NCBI GenBank assembly: GCA_964016885.1
Contig: OZ024748.1
Location: 22,816,001-22,880,000 of the forward strand
Length of the DNA: 64,000 nucleotides
Reading direction: 5' to 3'
From: Eledone cirrhosa
Lineage: Eukaryota
This document shows positions 28,593-44,384 of this stretch, one piece after another (the first letter of the stretch is position 1; every line of letters begins with the position of its first letter). The position numbers and the translations under genes are program-made. Below the pieces are notes generated by a model. It was given only the letters and a program-made list of their open reading frames with translations, was not told the DNA's origin and ran no database searches.

Positions 28593-28724
28593 CTATGTAT
28601 GTATGTATGTATGTATGTATGTATGTATGTATGTATGTTTTGGTTGCCGACTCTGTGCAAGACATTTTGGATCATTGGCTGGGCTAAAAAGCCACATTCG
28701 ATCGCAGCACTGTTAGTTGCTATC

Positions 28725-28768
<44 letters not shown>

Positions 28769-28847
28769 GCTTATGTGCGTGCGTGTGTGTGTATATATAT
28801 ATGAATATGTATATTATTATTGTTGTTGTCGTTATTATTATTATTGC

Positions 28848-28890
<43 letters not shown>

Positions 28891-29012
28891 GTTATTAATG
28901 TATGTGTGTATATATGTGTGAGTGTATGTGTATGTATGTGTGTGTGTATATATGTATGTATGTGTATGTATGTGTGTGTGTATATGTATGTGTATATATA
29001 TATATATGTATA

Positions 29013-29045
<33 letters not shown>

Positions 29046-29067
29046 CTTTTTTTTTTTTTTATTTATT

Positions 29068-29169
<102 letters not shown>

Positions 29170-29324
29170 TTTTTTTTTATTGTGCAATGGCCATACTCGA
29201 TAACGAGGGGGCAGCCATCATGTATGTATGTATGTATGTATGTATGTATGTATGTATGTATGTATGTATGTATGTATGTATGTATGTATGTATGTATGTA
29301 TGTATGTATATGTATGTATGTATG

Positions 29325-29702
29325 TTCTTCTGGTTTTATAATTTCACAAAGTTTTACCAGTAGAGAGAGAGTCGGTTTCTAACATAGACACAAGACTCTC
29401 TCATTGGAATTTACACAACATCAACTAGGTAGATATGTATGTATGCATGCATGTGTAGATATGGATATTATTGTATGTGTGGATGTGGATGTTTTGAGTT
29501 GTATGTGTGCATGTGTATATACTTTGTATCTGTACATGTGTATATGCAGTTATTAATTGCAAAATTTTTGGAATGTTTTACATACTTTTACTGTTCCATT
29601 AATGGATTGTACTTGTAATTTCCTAACTAGTTGTGTTCTTTCTGTTCCTGTGAAGCCTAGCTTCTCAAGATTTGTATTGAGGCAATTACTAACATATCCC
29701 AG
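29325..29702 (-). mobile_element. 3' fragment of the R4/Dong-like LINE
   Basis: Nearly identical to 19921-20301; (TATG)n flanks. Confidence 0.9.
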
Positions 29703-29804
29703 AGTCCCGTATGTATGTATGTATGTATGTATGTATGTATGTATGTATGTATGTATGTATCTATGTATGTATGTATGTATGTATGTATGTATGTATGTAT
29801 GTAT

Positions 29805-30676
29805 GTTTTCTCTTTCTCTTAATTTCGAGTATATTTTTTTGACCGGCCACCTTCCTGGTGGCAAGGTTGTAAAAGAAAAGAAATTGTCATCCCTTGAATC
29901 GCAAGAATGTTTTGCAAATTTTGAAGGTGCCAGCTATCGCAGCCATTTGTAGACTATGAATTAGGGAGCTGCGCTTTTTGTCCGCAAATCCAAGTTCAGT
30001 CATACTTTGGTCCAAGCGGGTTGGTATATAACCCGTAGCACCAATAATGATGGGTATGAAGCTAAAGGTGTATCTTGGATACTGGATTTGTAAACTCCTC
30101 ATCAATGGTCCGTAGATGTCCTCCTTCTCCTGTATTTTTCTGACAACGTTTACATCAAGTGGGCAGCTGATCTCCACAACAGAACACGTTTTCAATGTGT
30201 GGTCCCAAACTACAATATCAGGCCGGTTGTGCTTTAATTTGGTGGCAGTTTTTATTTTCAGGTTCCACCAGTATTCCTTAGTGCCATCTGTCTCAATATA
30301 TTCTTCCTCGTTTGTTGTTAATTTTGTTTTCCGAAGTGCGTTCCAGATGGTTCTAGCTATCCCATCGTGTCTCATGGGGAGGTAGTAGCGATATGACATT
30401 CTTTCGCAGCTGGCAACAATGTGGCTTACATCCTCGATCTCTGTTTTACATAGCCTACATTTATTGTCAGCTGCTGGCCCTCCTCTTTTGTGCAGCAGAT
30501 ATTTGGTAGGGAGTTCTTGTTCCTGTATTGCATAGAGATATCCCTCAAGGTGTGATGTCATAAACTTGTCGGAACTCCATGCCAGGCTTTTTGAGTGGTT
30601 TAGCCCCTCTATGGTCTGTGTTTTACGCCTCAAGTATCCATGCACAACTTTTTCTGTAAATTGGTCAATTTTTTTT
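29805..30676 (-). mobile_element. 5'-truncated R4/Dong-like LINE, second family
   Basis: VHGYLRRK..QEQELPTK..CRLC..EDVSHIVASC..RHD..RPDIVVWD..EISCP; different 3' UTR; (TATG)n flanks. Confidence 0.9.
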
Positions 30677-30880
30677 GTATGTATGTATGTATGTATGTAT
30701 GTTTGTATGTATGTATGTATGTATGTATGTATGTATGTATGTATGTATGTATGTATGTATGTATGTGTATGTAAGTATGTATGAATTTGTGTATGTATGT
30801 GTGTATGCATGTATGTATAGTATGTATGTATGTATGTATGTATGTATGTATGTATGTATGTATGTATGTATGTATGTGTG

Positions 30881-31068
30881 TAACATGTATCCCAGTACAA
30901 CCTGTCCCATGGTCGGGTCGTTGGCGACTAAACTGGCAACCCCACCAAGGTTTCTTGGTGAGGAGGGTGACTTTGGTGAGGAGGGTGACTTTGGTGAGGA
31001 GGGTGACTTTGGACATCCTGAAGGACTAACAACAAAACCTGTACAAAAACGAGTTGGCAGCCACCATG
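30881..31068 (+). mobile_element. Internally deleted copy of the 580-bp repeat
   Basis: Both ends retained; the 18-bp unit GGTGAGGAGGGTGACTTT is triplicated. Confidence 0.8.
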
Positions 31069-31143
31069 TGTGCATGTATCTATGTATGTAGTATGTTTGT
31101 GTGTTTGTATGTATGTATATATGTACGTATGTATGTGTGTATG

Positions 31144-31381
31144 TTATCTCTTTCTCTTAATTTCGAGTATATTTTGGAGTATATTTTTTTGACTGGCCAC
31201 CTTCCTGGTGGCAAGGTTGTGAAAGAAACGAAATTGTCATCCCTTGAATCGCAAGAATGTTTTGCAAATTTTGAAGGTGCCAGCTATCGCAGCCATTTGT
31301 AGACTTTGAATTAGGGAGCTGCGCTTTTTGTCCACAAATCCAAGTTCAGTCATACTTTGGTCTAAGTGGGTTGGTATATAA
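31144..31381 (-). mobile_element. 3' fragment of the second R4/Dong-like family
   Basis: Matches 29805-30030. Confidence 0.88.
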
Positions 31382-31504
31382 ATGCTTGTGTGTATGTATG
31401 TATGTACATATGTATCTATGTATGTATATATGTACGTATGTAGTATTACTGTGTGTGTGTGATGATTATAGTGTGAGTGTTTGCCTGTGAATGTATGTGT
31501 ATGT

Positions 31505-33272
31505 TTTTATGTAAGAGAGATTATTACTCTATGTATATGTAAGCGAGATCATTACTCTGTGTATGAGTAAGAGGGATCATTACTCTATGTATGAGTAAGA
31601 GGGATAATTACATTATCTTATGTATGTGTGAGAGGGATCATTACATTATGTTATGTATGTGTAAGAGAGATCATTACACTATGTATGTGTATGTTTTTAT
31701 GTAAGAGGAATCATTACTCTATGTTGTGTAAGCGAGATCATTACTCTATGTTGTGTAAGAGAGATCATTACTCTATGTTGCGTAAGAGAGATCATTACTC
31801 TATGTTATGTAAGAGAGATCATTACTTTATGTTGTGTAAGAGAGATCATTACTCTATGTTGTGTAAGAGAGATCATTACTCTATGTTGTGTAAGAGAGAT
31901 CATTACTCTATGTTGTGTAAGAGAGATCATTACACTATGTTGTGTAAGAGAGATCATTAGTCTATGTTGTGTAAGAGAGATCATTACTCTATGTTGTGTA
32001 AGAGAGATCATTACTCTATGTTGTGTAAGAAAGATCATTACTCTATGTTGTGTAAGAAGGATCATTACTCTATGTTGTGTAAGAGGGATCATTACTCTAT
32101 GTTGTGTAAGAAGGATCATTACTCTATGTTGTGTAAGAGAGATCATTACTCTATGTTGTGTAAGAGAGATCATTACTCTATGTTGTGTAAGAGGGATCAT
32201 TACTCTATGTTGTGTAAGAGAGATCATTACTCTATGTTGTGTAAGAGGGATCATTACTCTATGTTGTGCAAGCGAGATCATTACTCTATGTTGTGTAAGA
32301 GAGATCATTACACTATGTTGTGTAAGAGAGATCATTAGTCTATGTTGTGTAAGAGAGATCATTACTCTATGTTGTGTAAGAGAGATCCTTACTCTATGTT
32401 GTGTAAGAGGGATCATTACTCCATGTTGTGTAAGAGATCCTTACTCTATGTTGTGTAAGAGAGATCCTTACTCTATGTTGTGTAAGAGGGATCATTACTC
32501 TATGTTGTGTAAGAGGGATCATTACTCTATGTTGTGTAAGAAAGATCATTACTCTATGTTGTGTAAGAAAGATCATTACTCTATGTTGTGTAAGAAGGAT
32601 CATTACTCTATGTTGTGTAAGAGAGATCATTACTTTATGTTGTGTAAGAGGGGTTATTACTCTATGTTGTGTAAGCGAGATCATTACTCTATGTTGTGTA
32701 AGAGAGATCATTACTCTATGTTGCGTAAGAGAGATCATTACTCTATGTTGTGTAAGAGGGATCATTACTCTATGTTGTGTAAGAGATATCATTACTCTAT
32801 GTTGTGTAAGAGGGGTTATTACTCTATGTTGTGTAAGAGGGATCATTACTCTATGTTGTGTAAGAGGGATCATTACTCTATGTTGTGTTAGAGGGATCAT
32901 TACTCTATGTTGTGTAAGAGAGATCATTACTCTATGTTGTGTAAGAGGGATCATTACTCTATGTGGTGTAAGAGATGTCATTACTCTATGTTGTGTAAGA
33001 GGGGTTATTACTCTATGTTGTGTAAGAGGGATCATTACTCTATGTTGTGTAAGAGGGATCATTACTCTATGTTGTGTAAGAGAGATCATTACTTGATGTT
33101 GTGTAAGAGGGGTTATTACTCTATGTTGTGTAAGAGGGATCATTACTCTATGTTGTGTAAGAGGGATCATTACTCTATGTTGTGTATGTGTAAGAGGGGT
33201 TATTACTCTATGTTGTGTAAGAGGGATCATTACTCTATATTGTGTATGTGTAAGAGGGGTTATTACTCTATG
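31505..33272. repeat. 27-bp minisatellite, about 60 units
   Basis: TATGTTGTGTAAGAGAGATCATTACTC. Confidence 0.95.
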
Positions 33273-33576
33273 TGTATGTATGTGTATGTGTATGTGTATG
33301 AATGTGCATATGTTGGCGTATGTGTATGTGTGTATGTGTGTGTGTGTGTTTATATATTGGAGTATATTTGTGTGTGCGCGCGTGTGTATGTGTATATGTT
33401 GGTGTGTATGTGTGTTTGTGTGTGTATGTGTGTGTATGTGACTATATGTATGTGTATGTGAGTGTGTGTGTGCGTATGTGTGTGTGTTTGTTCAAGCATG
33501 TGTCATGGTATTTATTCTCACCATATTGTCTCAACATGGAACTGTGTTGATTGTTAGGAAACTCCATTATATAATC

Positions 33577-33680
33577 ACCGAGGTTAACTTTGCCTTTCAT
33601 CCTTACGGGGTTGACAAAATAGAGTACCAGTAATGCACTGGGATAATTGCTGGCCTTGTGCCAAAAGTAGAAAACAATTA
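33577..33680 (+). mobile_element. SINE family A, 5'-truncated
   Basis: Shared core. Confidence 0.82.
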
Positions 33681-34522
33681 TATAATCATAGAAAAAATGG
33701 AACATCGCACACGCACACACATACACACTTAGACACACACACAAACAGAAACACACACCTATAGACATAACACACATCTATAGACATACACACACACATC
33801 TATAGACACACACACACATCTATAGACACACACACATCTATAGACACACACACGCACACAGATACTCAGACACGCACACCTAGTCACACAGAAACAACTA
33901 TAGACACACACACACACACTCAGACATGCAACTGACATGTAAAAAATCAATAGATACACCACCCACTCATAAACACCAGATAATCACACTACCAGATACA
34001 CACACTAACACACACACACAGACAGACACACACACACTACCACATACACACACAGACACACACTACCAGACACACATACAGACACACACACACACTACCA
34101 TATACACACACACTAACACATACACACACATACACACAGACACACACTACCACACACACAGACAGACACACACACACTACCATATACACACACTACCACA
34201 TACACACACTACCACACACACACACACGACCACACACACTATCACACACACACCACACTACTACACACACATACATACATACACACATACACTACCACAT
34301 ACACACACACTATCACATACACATACTACCACACACACACACACACACTACCACACACACACTATCACACACACACATTACCACACACACATACAGACAC
34401 ACATACTATCACACACACACAACCACACACACACACACAGAACGCTCGGCCACAAACACACACTTTTACAGTACAGATATACACATATACGTATTATAGC
34501 AGATAGCTATCACATACAGCAT

Positions 34523-36957
34523 GTGTGTGGTAGTGGGTGTGTTAGTGTGTGTGGTAGTGTGTGTGGTAGTGTGTGTGGTAGTGTGTGTGGTAGTGTGTGT
34601 GGTAGTGTGTGTGGTAGTGTGTGTGGTAGTGTGTGTGGTAGTGGGTGTGTTAGTGTGTGTGGTAGTGTGTGTGGTAGTGTGTGTGGTAGTGTGTGTGGTA
34701 GTGTGTGTGGTAGTGTCTGTGGTAGTGTGTGTGGTAGTGTGTGTGGTAGTGTCTGTGGTAGTGTGTGTGGTAGTGTGTGTGGTAGTGTCTGTGGTAGTGT
34801 GTGTGGTAGTGTGTGTGGTAGTGTGTGTGGTAGTGTGTGTGGTAGTGTGTGTGGTAGTGTGTGTGGTAGTGTGTGTGGTAGTGTGTGTGGTAGTGTGTGT
34901 GGTAGTGTGTGTGGTAGTGGGTGTGTTAGTGTGTGTGGTAGTATGTGTGGTAGTGTGTGTGGTAGTGTGTGTGGTAGTGTGTGTGGTAGTGTGTGTGTGG
35001 TAGTGTGTGTGGTAGTGTGTGTGGTAGTGGGTGTGTTAGTGTGTGTGGTAGTGTTTGTGGTAGTGTGTGTGGTAGTGTGTGTGGTAGTGTGTGTGGTAGT
35101 GTGTGTGGTAGTGTGTGTGGTAGTGTGTGTGGTAGTGGGTGTGTTAGTGTGTGTGTTAGTGTGTGTGGTAGTGTGTGTGGTAGTGTGTGTGGTAGTGTGT
35201 GTGGTAGTGTGTGTGTGGTAGTGTGTGTGGTAGTGTGTGTGGTAGTGGGTGTGTTAGTGTGTGTGGTAGTGTGTGTGGTAGTGTGTGTGGTAGTGTGTGT
35301 GGTAGTGTGTGTGGTAGTGTGTGTGGTAGTGTGTGTGGTAGTGTGTGTGGTAGTGGGTGTGTTAGTGTGTGTGGTAGTGGGTGTGTTAGTGGGTGTGTTA
35401 GTGTGTGTGGTAGTGTGTGTGGTAGTGTGTGTGGTAGTGTGTGTGGTAGTGTGTGTGGTAGTGTGTGTGGTAGTGTGTGTGGTAGTGGGTGTGTTAGTGT
35501 GTGTGGTAGTGGGTGTGTTAGTGGGTGTGTTAGTGTGTGTGGTAGTGTGTGTGGTAGTGTGTGTGGTAGTATGTGTGGTAGTGTCTATGGTAGTGTGTGT
35601 GGTAGTGTGTGTGTGGTAGTGTGTGTGGTAGTGTGTGTGTGGTAGTGTGTGTGGTAGTGTGTGTGGTAGTGTGTGTGGTAGTGTGTGTGGTAGTGTGTGT
35701 GGTAGTGTGTGTGGTAGTGTGTGTGGTAGTGGGTGTGTTAGTGTGTGTGGTAGTGTGTGTGGTAGTGTGTGTGGTAGTGTGTGTGGTAGTGTGTGTGGTA
35801 GTGTCTGTGGTAGTGGGTGTGTTAGTGTGTGTGGTAGTGTGTGTGGTAGTGTGTGTGGTAGTGTGTGTGGTAGTGTGTGTGGTAGTGTGTGTGGTAGTGT
35901 GTGTGGTAGTGTCTGTGGTAGTGTGTGTGGTAGTGTGTGTGGTAGTGTGTGTGGTAGTGTGTGTGGTAGTGTGTGTGGTAGTGGGTGTGTTAGTGTCTGT
36001 GGTAGTGTGTGTGGTAGTGTGTGGTAGTGTCTGTGGTAGTGTGTGTGGTAGTGTGTGTGGTAGTGTGTGTGGTAGTGTGTGTGGTAGTGTCTGTGGTAGT
36101 GTGTGTGGTAGTGTGTGTGGTAGTGTGTGTGGTAGTGTGTGTGGTAGTGTGTGTGGTAGTGGGTGTGTTAGTGTCTGTGGTAGTGTGTGTGGTAGTGTGT
36201 GTGGTAGTGTCTGTGGTAGTGTGTGTGGTAGTGTGTGTGGTAGTGTGTGTGGTAGTGTGTGTGGTAGTGTCTGTGGTAGTGTGTGTGGTAGTGTGTGTGG
36301 TAGTGTGTGTGGTAGTGTGTGTGGTAGTGTCTGTGGTAGTGGGTGTGTTAGTGTGTGTGGTAGTGTCTGTGGTAGTGTGTGTGGTAGTGTGTGTGGTAGT
36401 GTGTGTGGTAGTGTGTGTGGTAGTGTGTGTGGTAGTGTCTGTGGTAGTGTGTGTGGTAGTGTGTGTGGTAGTGTGTGTGGTAGTGTGTGTGGTAGTGTGT
36501 GTGGTAGTGGGTGTGTTAGTGTCTGTGGTAGTGTGTGTGGTAGTGTGTGTGGTAGTGTCTGTGGTAGTGTGTGTGGTAGTGTGTGTGGTAGTGTGTGTGG
36601 TAGTGTCTGTGGTAGTGTGTGTGGTAGTGTGTGTGGTAGTGTGTGTGGTAGTGTGTGTGGTAGTGTGTGTGGTAGTGGGTGTGTTAGTGTCTGTGGTAGT
36701 GTGTGTGGTAGTGTGTGTGGTAGTGTCTGTGGTAGTGTGTGTGGTAGTGTGTGTGGTAGTGTGTGTGGTAGTGTGTGTGGTAGTGTCTGTGGTAGTGTGT
36801 GTGGTAGTGTGTGTGGTAGTGTGTGTGGTAGTGTGTGTGGTAGTGTGTGTGGTAGTGGGTGTGTTAGTGTCTGTGGTAGTGTGTGTGGTAGTGTGTGTGG
36901 TAGTGTCTGTGGTAGTGTGTGTGGTAGTGTGTGTGGTAGTGTGTGTGGTAGTGTGTG
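34523..36957. repeat. 12-bp minisatellite, about 200 units
   Basis: GTGTGTGGTAGT with periodic GGGTGTGTTAGT and GTCTGTGGTAGT variants. Confidence 0.95.
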
Positions 36958-37004
36958 CAGGTAAACATACTAGCACGTACAACTACACATACTCACGTTT
37001 ATGT

Positions 37005-37630
37005 ACATACACACATATAGACACACACATACACATACACACATATAGACACACACATCCACATACACACATATAGACACACACATACACATACACACAT
37101 ATAGGCACACACATCCACATACACACATATAGACACACACATCCACATACACACATATAGACACACACATACACATACACACATATAGGCACACACATCC
37201 ACATACACACATATAGACACACAATACACACATATATAGGTACACACATACACACATATAGACACACACATACACATACACACATATAGGCACACAAATA
37301 CACACATATAGGCACACACATACACACATATAGGCACACACATACACACATATAGGCACACACATACACACATATATAGGTACACACATACACACATATA
37401 GACACACACATACACACATATAGACACACACATACACATACACACATATAGGCACACACATACACACATATAGGCACACACATACACACATATAGGCACA
37501 CACATACACACACATATAGGCACACACATACACACATATAGGCACACACATACATACACATATAGGCACACACATGCACACATATAGGCACAAACATACA
37601 CACATATAGGCACACACATGCACATACACA
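37005..37630. repeat. About 20-bp (CA/TA)-derived minisatellite
   Basis: CACACACATACACACATATAGG units. Confidence 0.88.
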
Positions 37631-37757
37631 CACATACACACATAAAGCAGGTGTGTGTTGTATGTGCATGCATATACACATATACACACATATACACATA
37701 TACACACATATACACATATACACACACTCTCATATAAGTGCACAAACAGAACCTCTG

Positions 37758-38332
37758 CCTGTCTATCTGTCAGTCTGTCTGTCTGTCTGTCTGTCTACCA
37801 GTCTGTCTATCTACCAGTCCATCTGTCTGACTGTCTATCTACCAGTCTACCAGTCCATCTGTCTGTCTGTCTACCAGTCTGTCTATCTACAGTCTGTCTA
37901 TCTACCAGTCTGTCTATCTACCAGTCTGTCTATCTACCAGTCCACCAGTCCATCTGTCTGTCTGTCTGTCTGTCTACCACTCTGTCTATCTACCAGTCTA
38001 TCTGTCTGTCTGTCTACCAGTCTGTCTATCTACCAGTCTACCAGTCTGTCTATCTACCAGTCCACCAGTCCATCTGTCTGTCTGTCTGTCTACCACTCTG
38101 TCTATCTACCAGTCTATCTATCTACCAGTCTACCAGTCCATCTATCTACCAGTCTACCAGTCTGTCTATCTACCAGTCCACCAGTCCATCCGTCTGTCTG
38201 TCTGTCTACCAGTCTGTCTATCTACCAGTCTATCTGTCTGTCTGTCTGTCTGTCTGTCTACCAGTCTGTCTATCTACCAGTCCATCTGTCTGTCTGTCTG
38301 TCTGTCTACCAGTCTGTCTATCTACCAGTCCA

Positions 38333-38364
<32 letters not shown>

Positions 38365-38388
38365 CCAGTCTGTCTATCTACCAGTCCA

Positions 38389-38420
<32 letters not shown>

Positions 38421-38648
38421 CCAGTCTGTCTATCTACCAGTCTACCAGTCCACCCGTCTGTCTGTCTGTCTACCACTCTGTCTATCTACCAGTCTATCTG
38501 TCTGTCTACCAGTCTGTCTATCTACCAGTCTACCAGTCCATCTATCTACCAGTCTACCAGTCTGTCTATCTACCAGTCCACCAGTCCATCCGTCTGTCTG
38601 TCTATCTACCAGTCTATCTGTCTGTCTATCTACCAGTCTATCTGTCTG
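37758..38648. repeat. Complex (TCTG/TCTA/CCAG) tetranucleotide satellite
   Basis: TCTACCAGTCTGTCTA units. Confidence 0.9.
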
Positions 38649-39011
38649 AGACCTCACACACTGATACTACAAGAATATTACTAAAAGACACACTCATGTT
38701 CACACACACACATACACATAAACACACACTATCAATTATGTGTTTATATACCCATATATACACCATAGACACGACACACGCACACACACATACATTCACA
38801 TACATTCACACCTACACTCACACACACACGCAACACACATGTGCATACGCAATATATATACACACTCTGACTGCATCGTGTGTGTGAGTGTGAGTATGTG
38901 TGTATGTGTATGTGTGTATATCTATCTATCTATATATATATATATAGATAGATATACACACATACACATATGCCGCCAATTCGTCTTTCATCAATATGGA
39001 TAAACTCCCTT

Positions 39012-40385
39012 CCAGAAGTGGGCCAGTTGCAAACTATCCCTGAAAGGTCGGGCGGAGGTGGCGAACACTTATATAGCGTCCGTCATCTACTACCGCCTGA
39101 CCGTAGTGCCCTGCCCAAGGGAAACCCTCACCAAGATGGAGCGCGCGCTCTTCCAATTCCTTTGGAAGGGGCGGGCTCCTATGGTGAGGAGATCCATCTG
39201 CTGTCAACACCCTTCGAAAGGAGGGCTGGGGATGCCGTGGCTAATGATGCGTAAACACGCATTAAGGCTACGGCACCTCTACGTATTCCTCACCGGACAA
39301 CCGGTGTGGGCCTCGTTTGTGAGACGAACCTTTCCCAGACTCGTCTCACTCACCGAGCTGCAATCCTGGGTCAAGCAAAGACCGAGAAAACTGGGCGCCT
39401 GGCACACTGAGTGTGCCCAGGCGCTCACCGCCCTCTGGCAGGCGGATCCGGTTATCAGTGGAGACTCCACCGCAACATTCTATAGAGGGCTGGTACGCAG
39501 CAGGTGCGACGACGCCCTCGGAGAAGCCCTAGACATGGAGGAGGACGAACTGGCCAGCCTGTTCGGTAGGACATTCAGCCCGGGACCTATGGACAACTTC
39601 CAGAAGTCCCTGGCCTGGCAGTGCTACCGAGGGGCTTTACCCGTTCGAGAAAGGCTCTACAGACACGGGCGCCCGGGTAGGGACCCCGCCAAAAAGATCT
39701 GTCCCAGATGCGTGTGCGACGAGGAAACCGTTGCACACGCATTGGTACACTGCTCGGGCGTAGCCGATCTGTGGGGCTATGTCGAACAACTGCTGTCAAG
39801 GGTGGGACCGATCCGGTTGACCACCGAGTCTATTGTAATGATCAAGCCGCCTCCCCCCTTCAAAGATGAAGCAGAGGCGGTGTTTCTGTGCGTAATAGCC
39901 ATGGCGAAAGAGGTTGTATGGTGGACGCGTCTGAAAGGACTGAGGTCAGGCACCTTTCTCTCTGGCCAACAACTGGTCCGTTTCTTCCGATATCATTTCG
40001 GAAGAAGGATCAAGATGGAGAGAGAGGTGCTGCACCCCAGTCGTTTTTATGAAAGGTGGGTGAAAGTGGCGAGAATGGCCCGTGTGAATGGGCCTTCTCT
40101 TTACATAAGCCTGTAGGTGGAGAAGAGGAAGGAACGAGGGAGCACCCCCTCTCTGTGCTCCTGAGGAAAAGGGTTGCACACTTTTTTCGGGGGTGTGTGC
40201 GACCCCCCAAGGCGCCTCCTCTCTATTGAGGATTTTGTTAAAAATTTTATTTTTTGTTATATCTTATTTTATTTTTATATTTTGTTATTGCCTCCTCCTT
40301 ATTGAGGACGCCTTTTTGTGTAAACTCCCCCCTTTGTACTTGTACCACTTTTGATGCCCTAGTGGCAAATAAAAGAAACTTATCT
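39012..40385 (+). mobile_element. 5'-truncated Tx1/L1-clade LINE; C-terminal ORF2 frame intact (39058-40116)
   Basis: 352-aa open frame homologous to 1552-2650; CPRC..ETVAHALVHC; 3' UTR ends AATAAAAGAAACTTATCTAT. Confidence 0.92.
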
Positions 40386-40457
40386 ATATATATATATATA
40401 TATATATAGTATATATATAGATAGATATACACACATACACATATATATATATATATG

Positions 40458-40544
<87 letters not shown>

Positions 40545-40558
40545 GTATATATATATAC

Positions 40559-40632
<74 letters not shown>

Positions 40633-40633
40633 G

Positions 40634-40716
<83 letters not shown>

Positions 40717-40718
<2 letters not shown>

Positions 40719-40910
40719 CAAAGGAAATGTGGTAAGGAACCAGATGGACCATAACGCACCAGAGTACTCAATACTTAGGGTAGTAGAGTGGGAAATAGGA
40801 AAAAGTATGACCCCGACGGCAGAGTTCAAGCCGTCTCGACGGCTATTTCAGTCCAGAAATAGCCGTCGAAACGGCTTGAGCTCTGCCGTCGGGGTCATAC
40901 TTTTTCCTAT
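40717..40910. mobile_element. Fold-back cassette of hammerhead 3' halves (GGGGTC family)
   Basis: Arms about 40795-40910 fold inside stem II; GAAA CGGC ttgagctct GCCG TC GGGGTC; long arm extends to 40717. Confidence 0.75.
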
Positions 40911-40950
40911 ATATTTATTATTTATATATATATATGCACACACACACACA

Positions 40951-41010
<60 letters not shown>

Positions 41011-41175
41011 TATATATATATATGCACACTATATATATATATGCACACTATATATATATATGCACACTATATATATATATACACTATAAATATATATGCA
41101 CACTATATATATATGCGCACTATATATATATATGCACACTATATACATACACACTATATATATATATACATACAC

Positions 41176-41206
<31 letters not shown>

Positions 41207-41551
41207 TATATATATGTGTAATTTAATGCGCGTGTGTACATCCGTGTGTATATGTTAGTGTCTGTGTGTAAGCTATGTGTATATATGTGGAGACATATAT
41301 ACACACACAGACGCACACACATACACACACACACACTACAGCGCACAGCCACTACATACAGGTAGTCAGCAGGTAAACATATCCCCACATACACCCACAC
41401 ACATATATACATTACACCACACACTCACCATATACACGCACACACGCTGCATACACATACATGCAATGTATTACGTGTATAGACACGCATACATACACAC
41501 ACATACATACATACATGCACATATATATACATAAACACACACAGACCCCGC

Positions 41552-41598
<47 letters not shown>

Positions 41599-41683
41599 CA
41601 CAATCATAAACGCAAACATACTCATATATATACACACACACATAGCCACAAACGTATACATACTCATACATATACATATACAT

Positions 41684-41754
<71 letters not shown>

Positions 41755-41906
41755 GGTATATATATGTATGTATATACAACATACATACATACACAGAACT
41801 TTAGCTTGTCTGAGAGTCTGTCTGTCTGTCTATCTTTCTGCCAACCTGTCTGTCTGTCTGTCTGTCTGTTTGTTCGTCTGTCTGTCTGTCAATCAATCAT
41901 ATTATC

Positions 41907-42064
<158 letters not shown>

Positions 42065-42630
42065 ATCTCTCTCTCTCTATCTATCTCTCTATCTCTCTCT
42101 CTCTCTATCTCTCTATCTATCTCTCTCTCTATCTCTCTATCTATCTCTCTCTCTCTCTCTATCTCTCTATCTATCTCTCTCTCTATCTCTCTATCTATCT
42201 ATCTCTCTCTCTCTATCTCTCTAACTCTCTATCTGTCTGTCAGATAGCTTGCACAACATTCTATTAAAAACTGCTCACACACGCACGCATTCACATATAC
42301 ACCCATATGTAGGCATATATATACATGTATACACACGTAGATGTACACATGCAATGAATGAAGAGTATAAATTCGCACGTATATATCAACACATACACAC
42401 ACACAAACATATGCATCTACACATACACACAGACACAAACACATAATACTTAAATATATACATGTACACACACACATACAGACACAAACGCATACATACG
42501 CGTACACACACACACACACACACACATGTATATATATATATATATATACATATATACACATATATACATATATATACTCATAGACACAAACACAGACAGA
42601 AACGCATTCATACTCATTCAGAAACGCATT

Positions 42631-42698
<68 letters not shown>

Positions 42699-42739
42699 CA
42701 CAATCATAAACGCAAACATACTCATATATATACACACAC

Positions 42740-43127
42740 ATAGCCACAAACGTATACATACTCATACATATACATATATACATAGTCACAAACGTATACA
42801 TACTCATACATATACATATACATACACATATATACATAGTCACAAACGTATACATACATGTACATATACATTTATACATAGTCACAAACGTATACATACA
42901 TGTACATATACATATATACATAGTCACGAATGTATACATACTCATACATATACATATACATTTATACATAGCCACAAACGTATACATACTGATATACATA
43001 CATACATATATATATATATATACATATAGCCACAAACGTATACATACTGATATACATACATATATATATATATATACATATAGTCACAAACGTATACATA
43101 CTGATATACATACATATATATATATAC

Positions 43128-43172
<45 letters not shown>

Positions 43173-43207
43173 CATATAGTCACAAACGTATACATACTGA
43201 CATATAT

Positions 43208-43290
<83 letters not shown>

Positions 43291-43377
43291 GCCACAAACG
43301 TATACATACTGATATACATACATACATATACATATATATATATAGTCACAAACGTATACATACTGATATATATACAC

Positions 43378-43424
<47 letters not shown>

Positions 43425-43453
43425 GTCACAAACGTATACATACATATATATAT

Positions 43454-43484
<31 letters not shown>

Positions 43485-43818
43485 CACATATAGTCACAAA
43501 CGTATACATACTGATATACATACATATATATATACACACACATATATATATATATATATATACATATAGTCACAAACGTATACATACTGATATACATACA
43601 TATATATATACACATATATATATATATATATACATATAGTCACAAACGTATACATACTGATATACATATATATATACACATATATATATATATATATACA
43701 TATAGTCACAAACGTATACATACTGATATACATACATATATATATACACACACATATATATATATATATACATATAGTCACAAACGTATACATACTGATA
43801 TACATACATATATATATA

Positions 43819-43852
<34 letters not shown>

Positions 43853-44179
43853 GTCACAAACGTATACATACTGATATACATACATATATATATACACATA
43901 TATATATATATATATATACATATAGTCACAAACGTATACATACTGATATACATACATATATATATACACACATATATATATATATATATACATATAGTCA
44001 CAAACGTATACATACTGATATACATACATATATATATACACATATATATATATATATATACATATAGTCACAAACGTATACATACTGATATACATACATA
44101 TATATATACACATATATATATATATATATATACATATAGTCACAAACGTATACATACTGATATACATACATATATATAT

Positions 44180-44224
<45 letters not shown>

Positions 44225-44337
44225 GTCACAAACGTATACATACTGATATACATACATATATATATACACATATATATATATATATATATACATATAGTCA
44301 CAAACGTATACATACTGATATACATACATATATATAT

Positions 44338-44384
<47 letters not shown>

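Noticed and set aside
31505-33272. 27-bp array as a CRISPR array or a repeat protein (MLCKRDHYS)n
   Set aside because: Head-to-tail units with no unique spacers; stops in frame; eukaryotic context.
34523-36957. G/T-rich array as telomeric repeat
   Set aside because: The unit is the 12-bp GTGTGTGGTAGT, not TTAGGG-like, and the array is interstitial.
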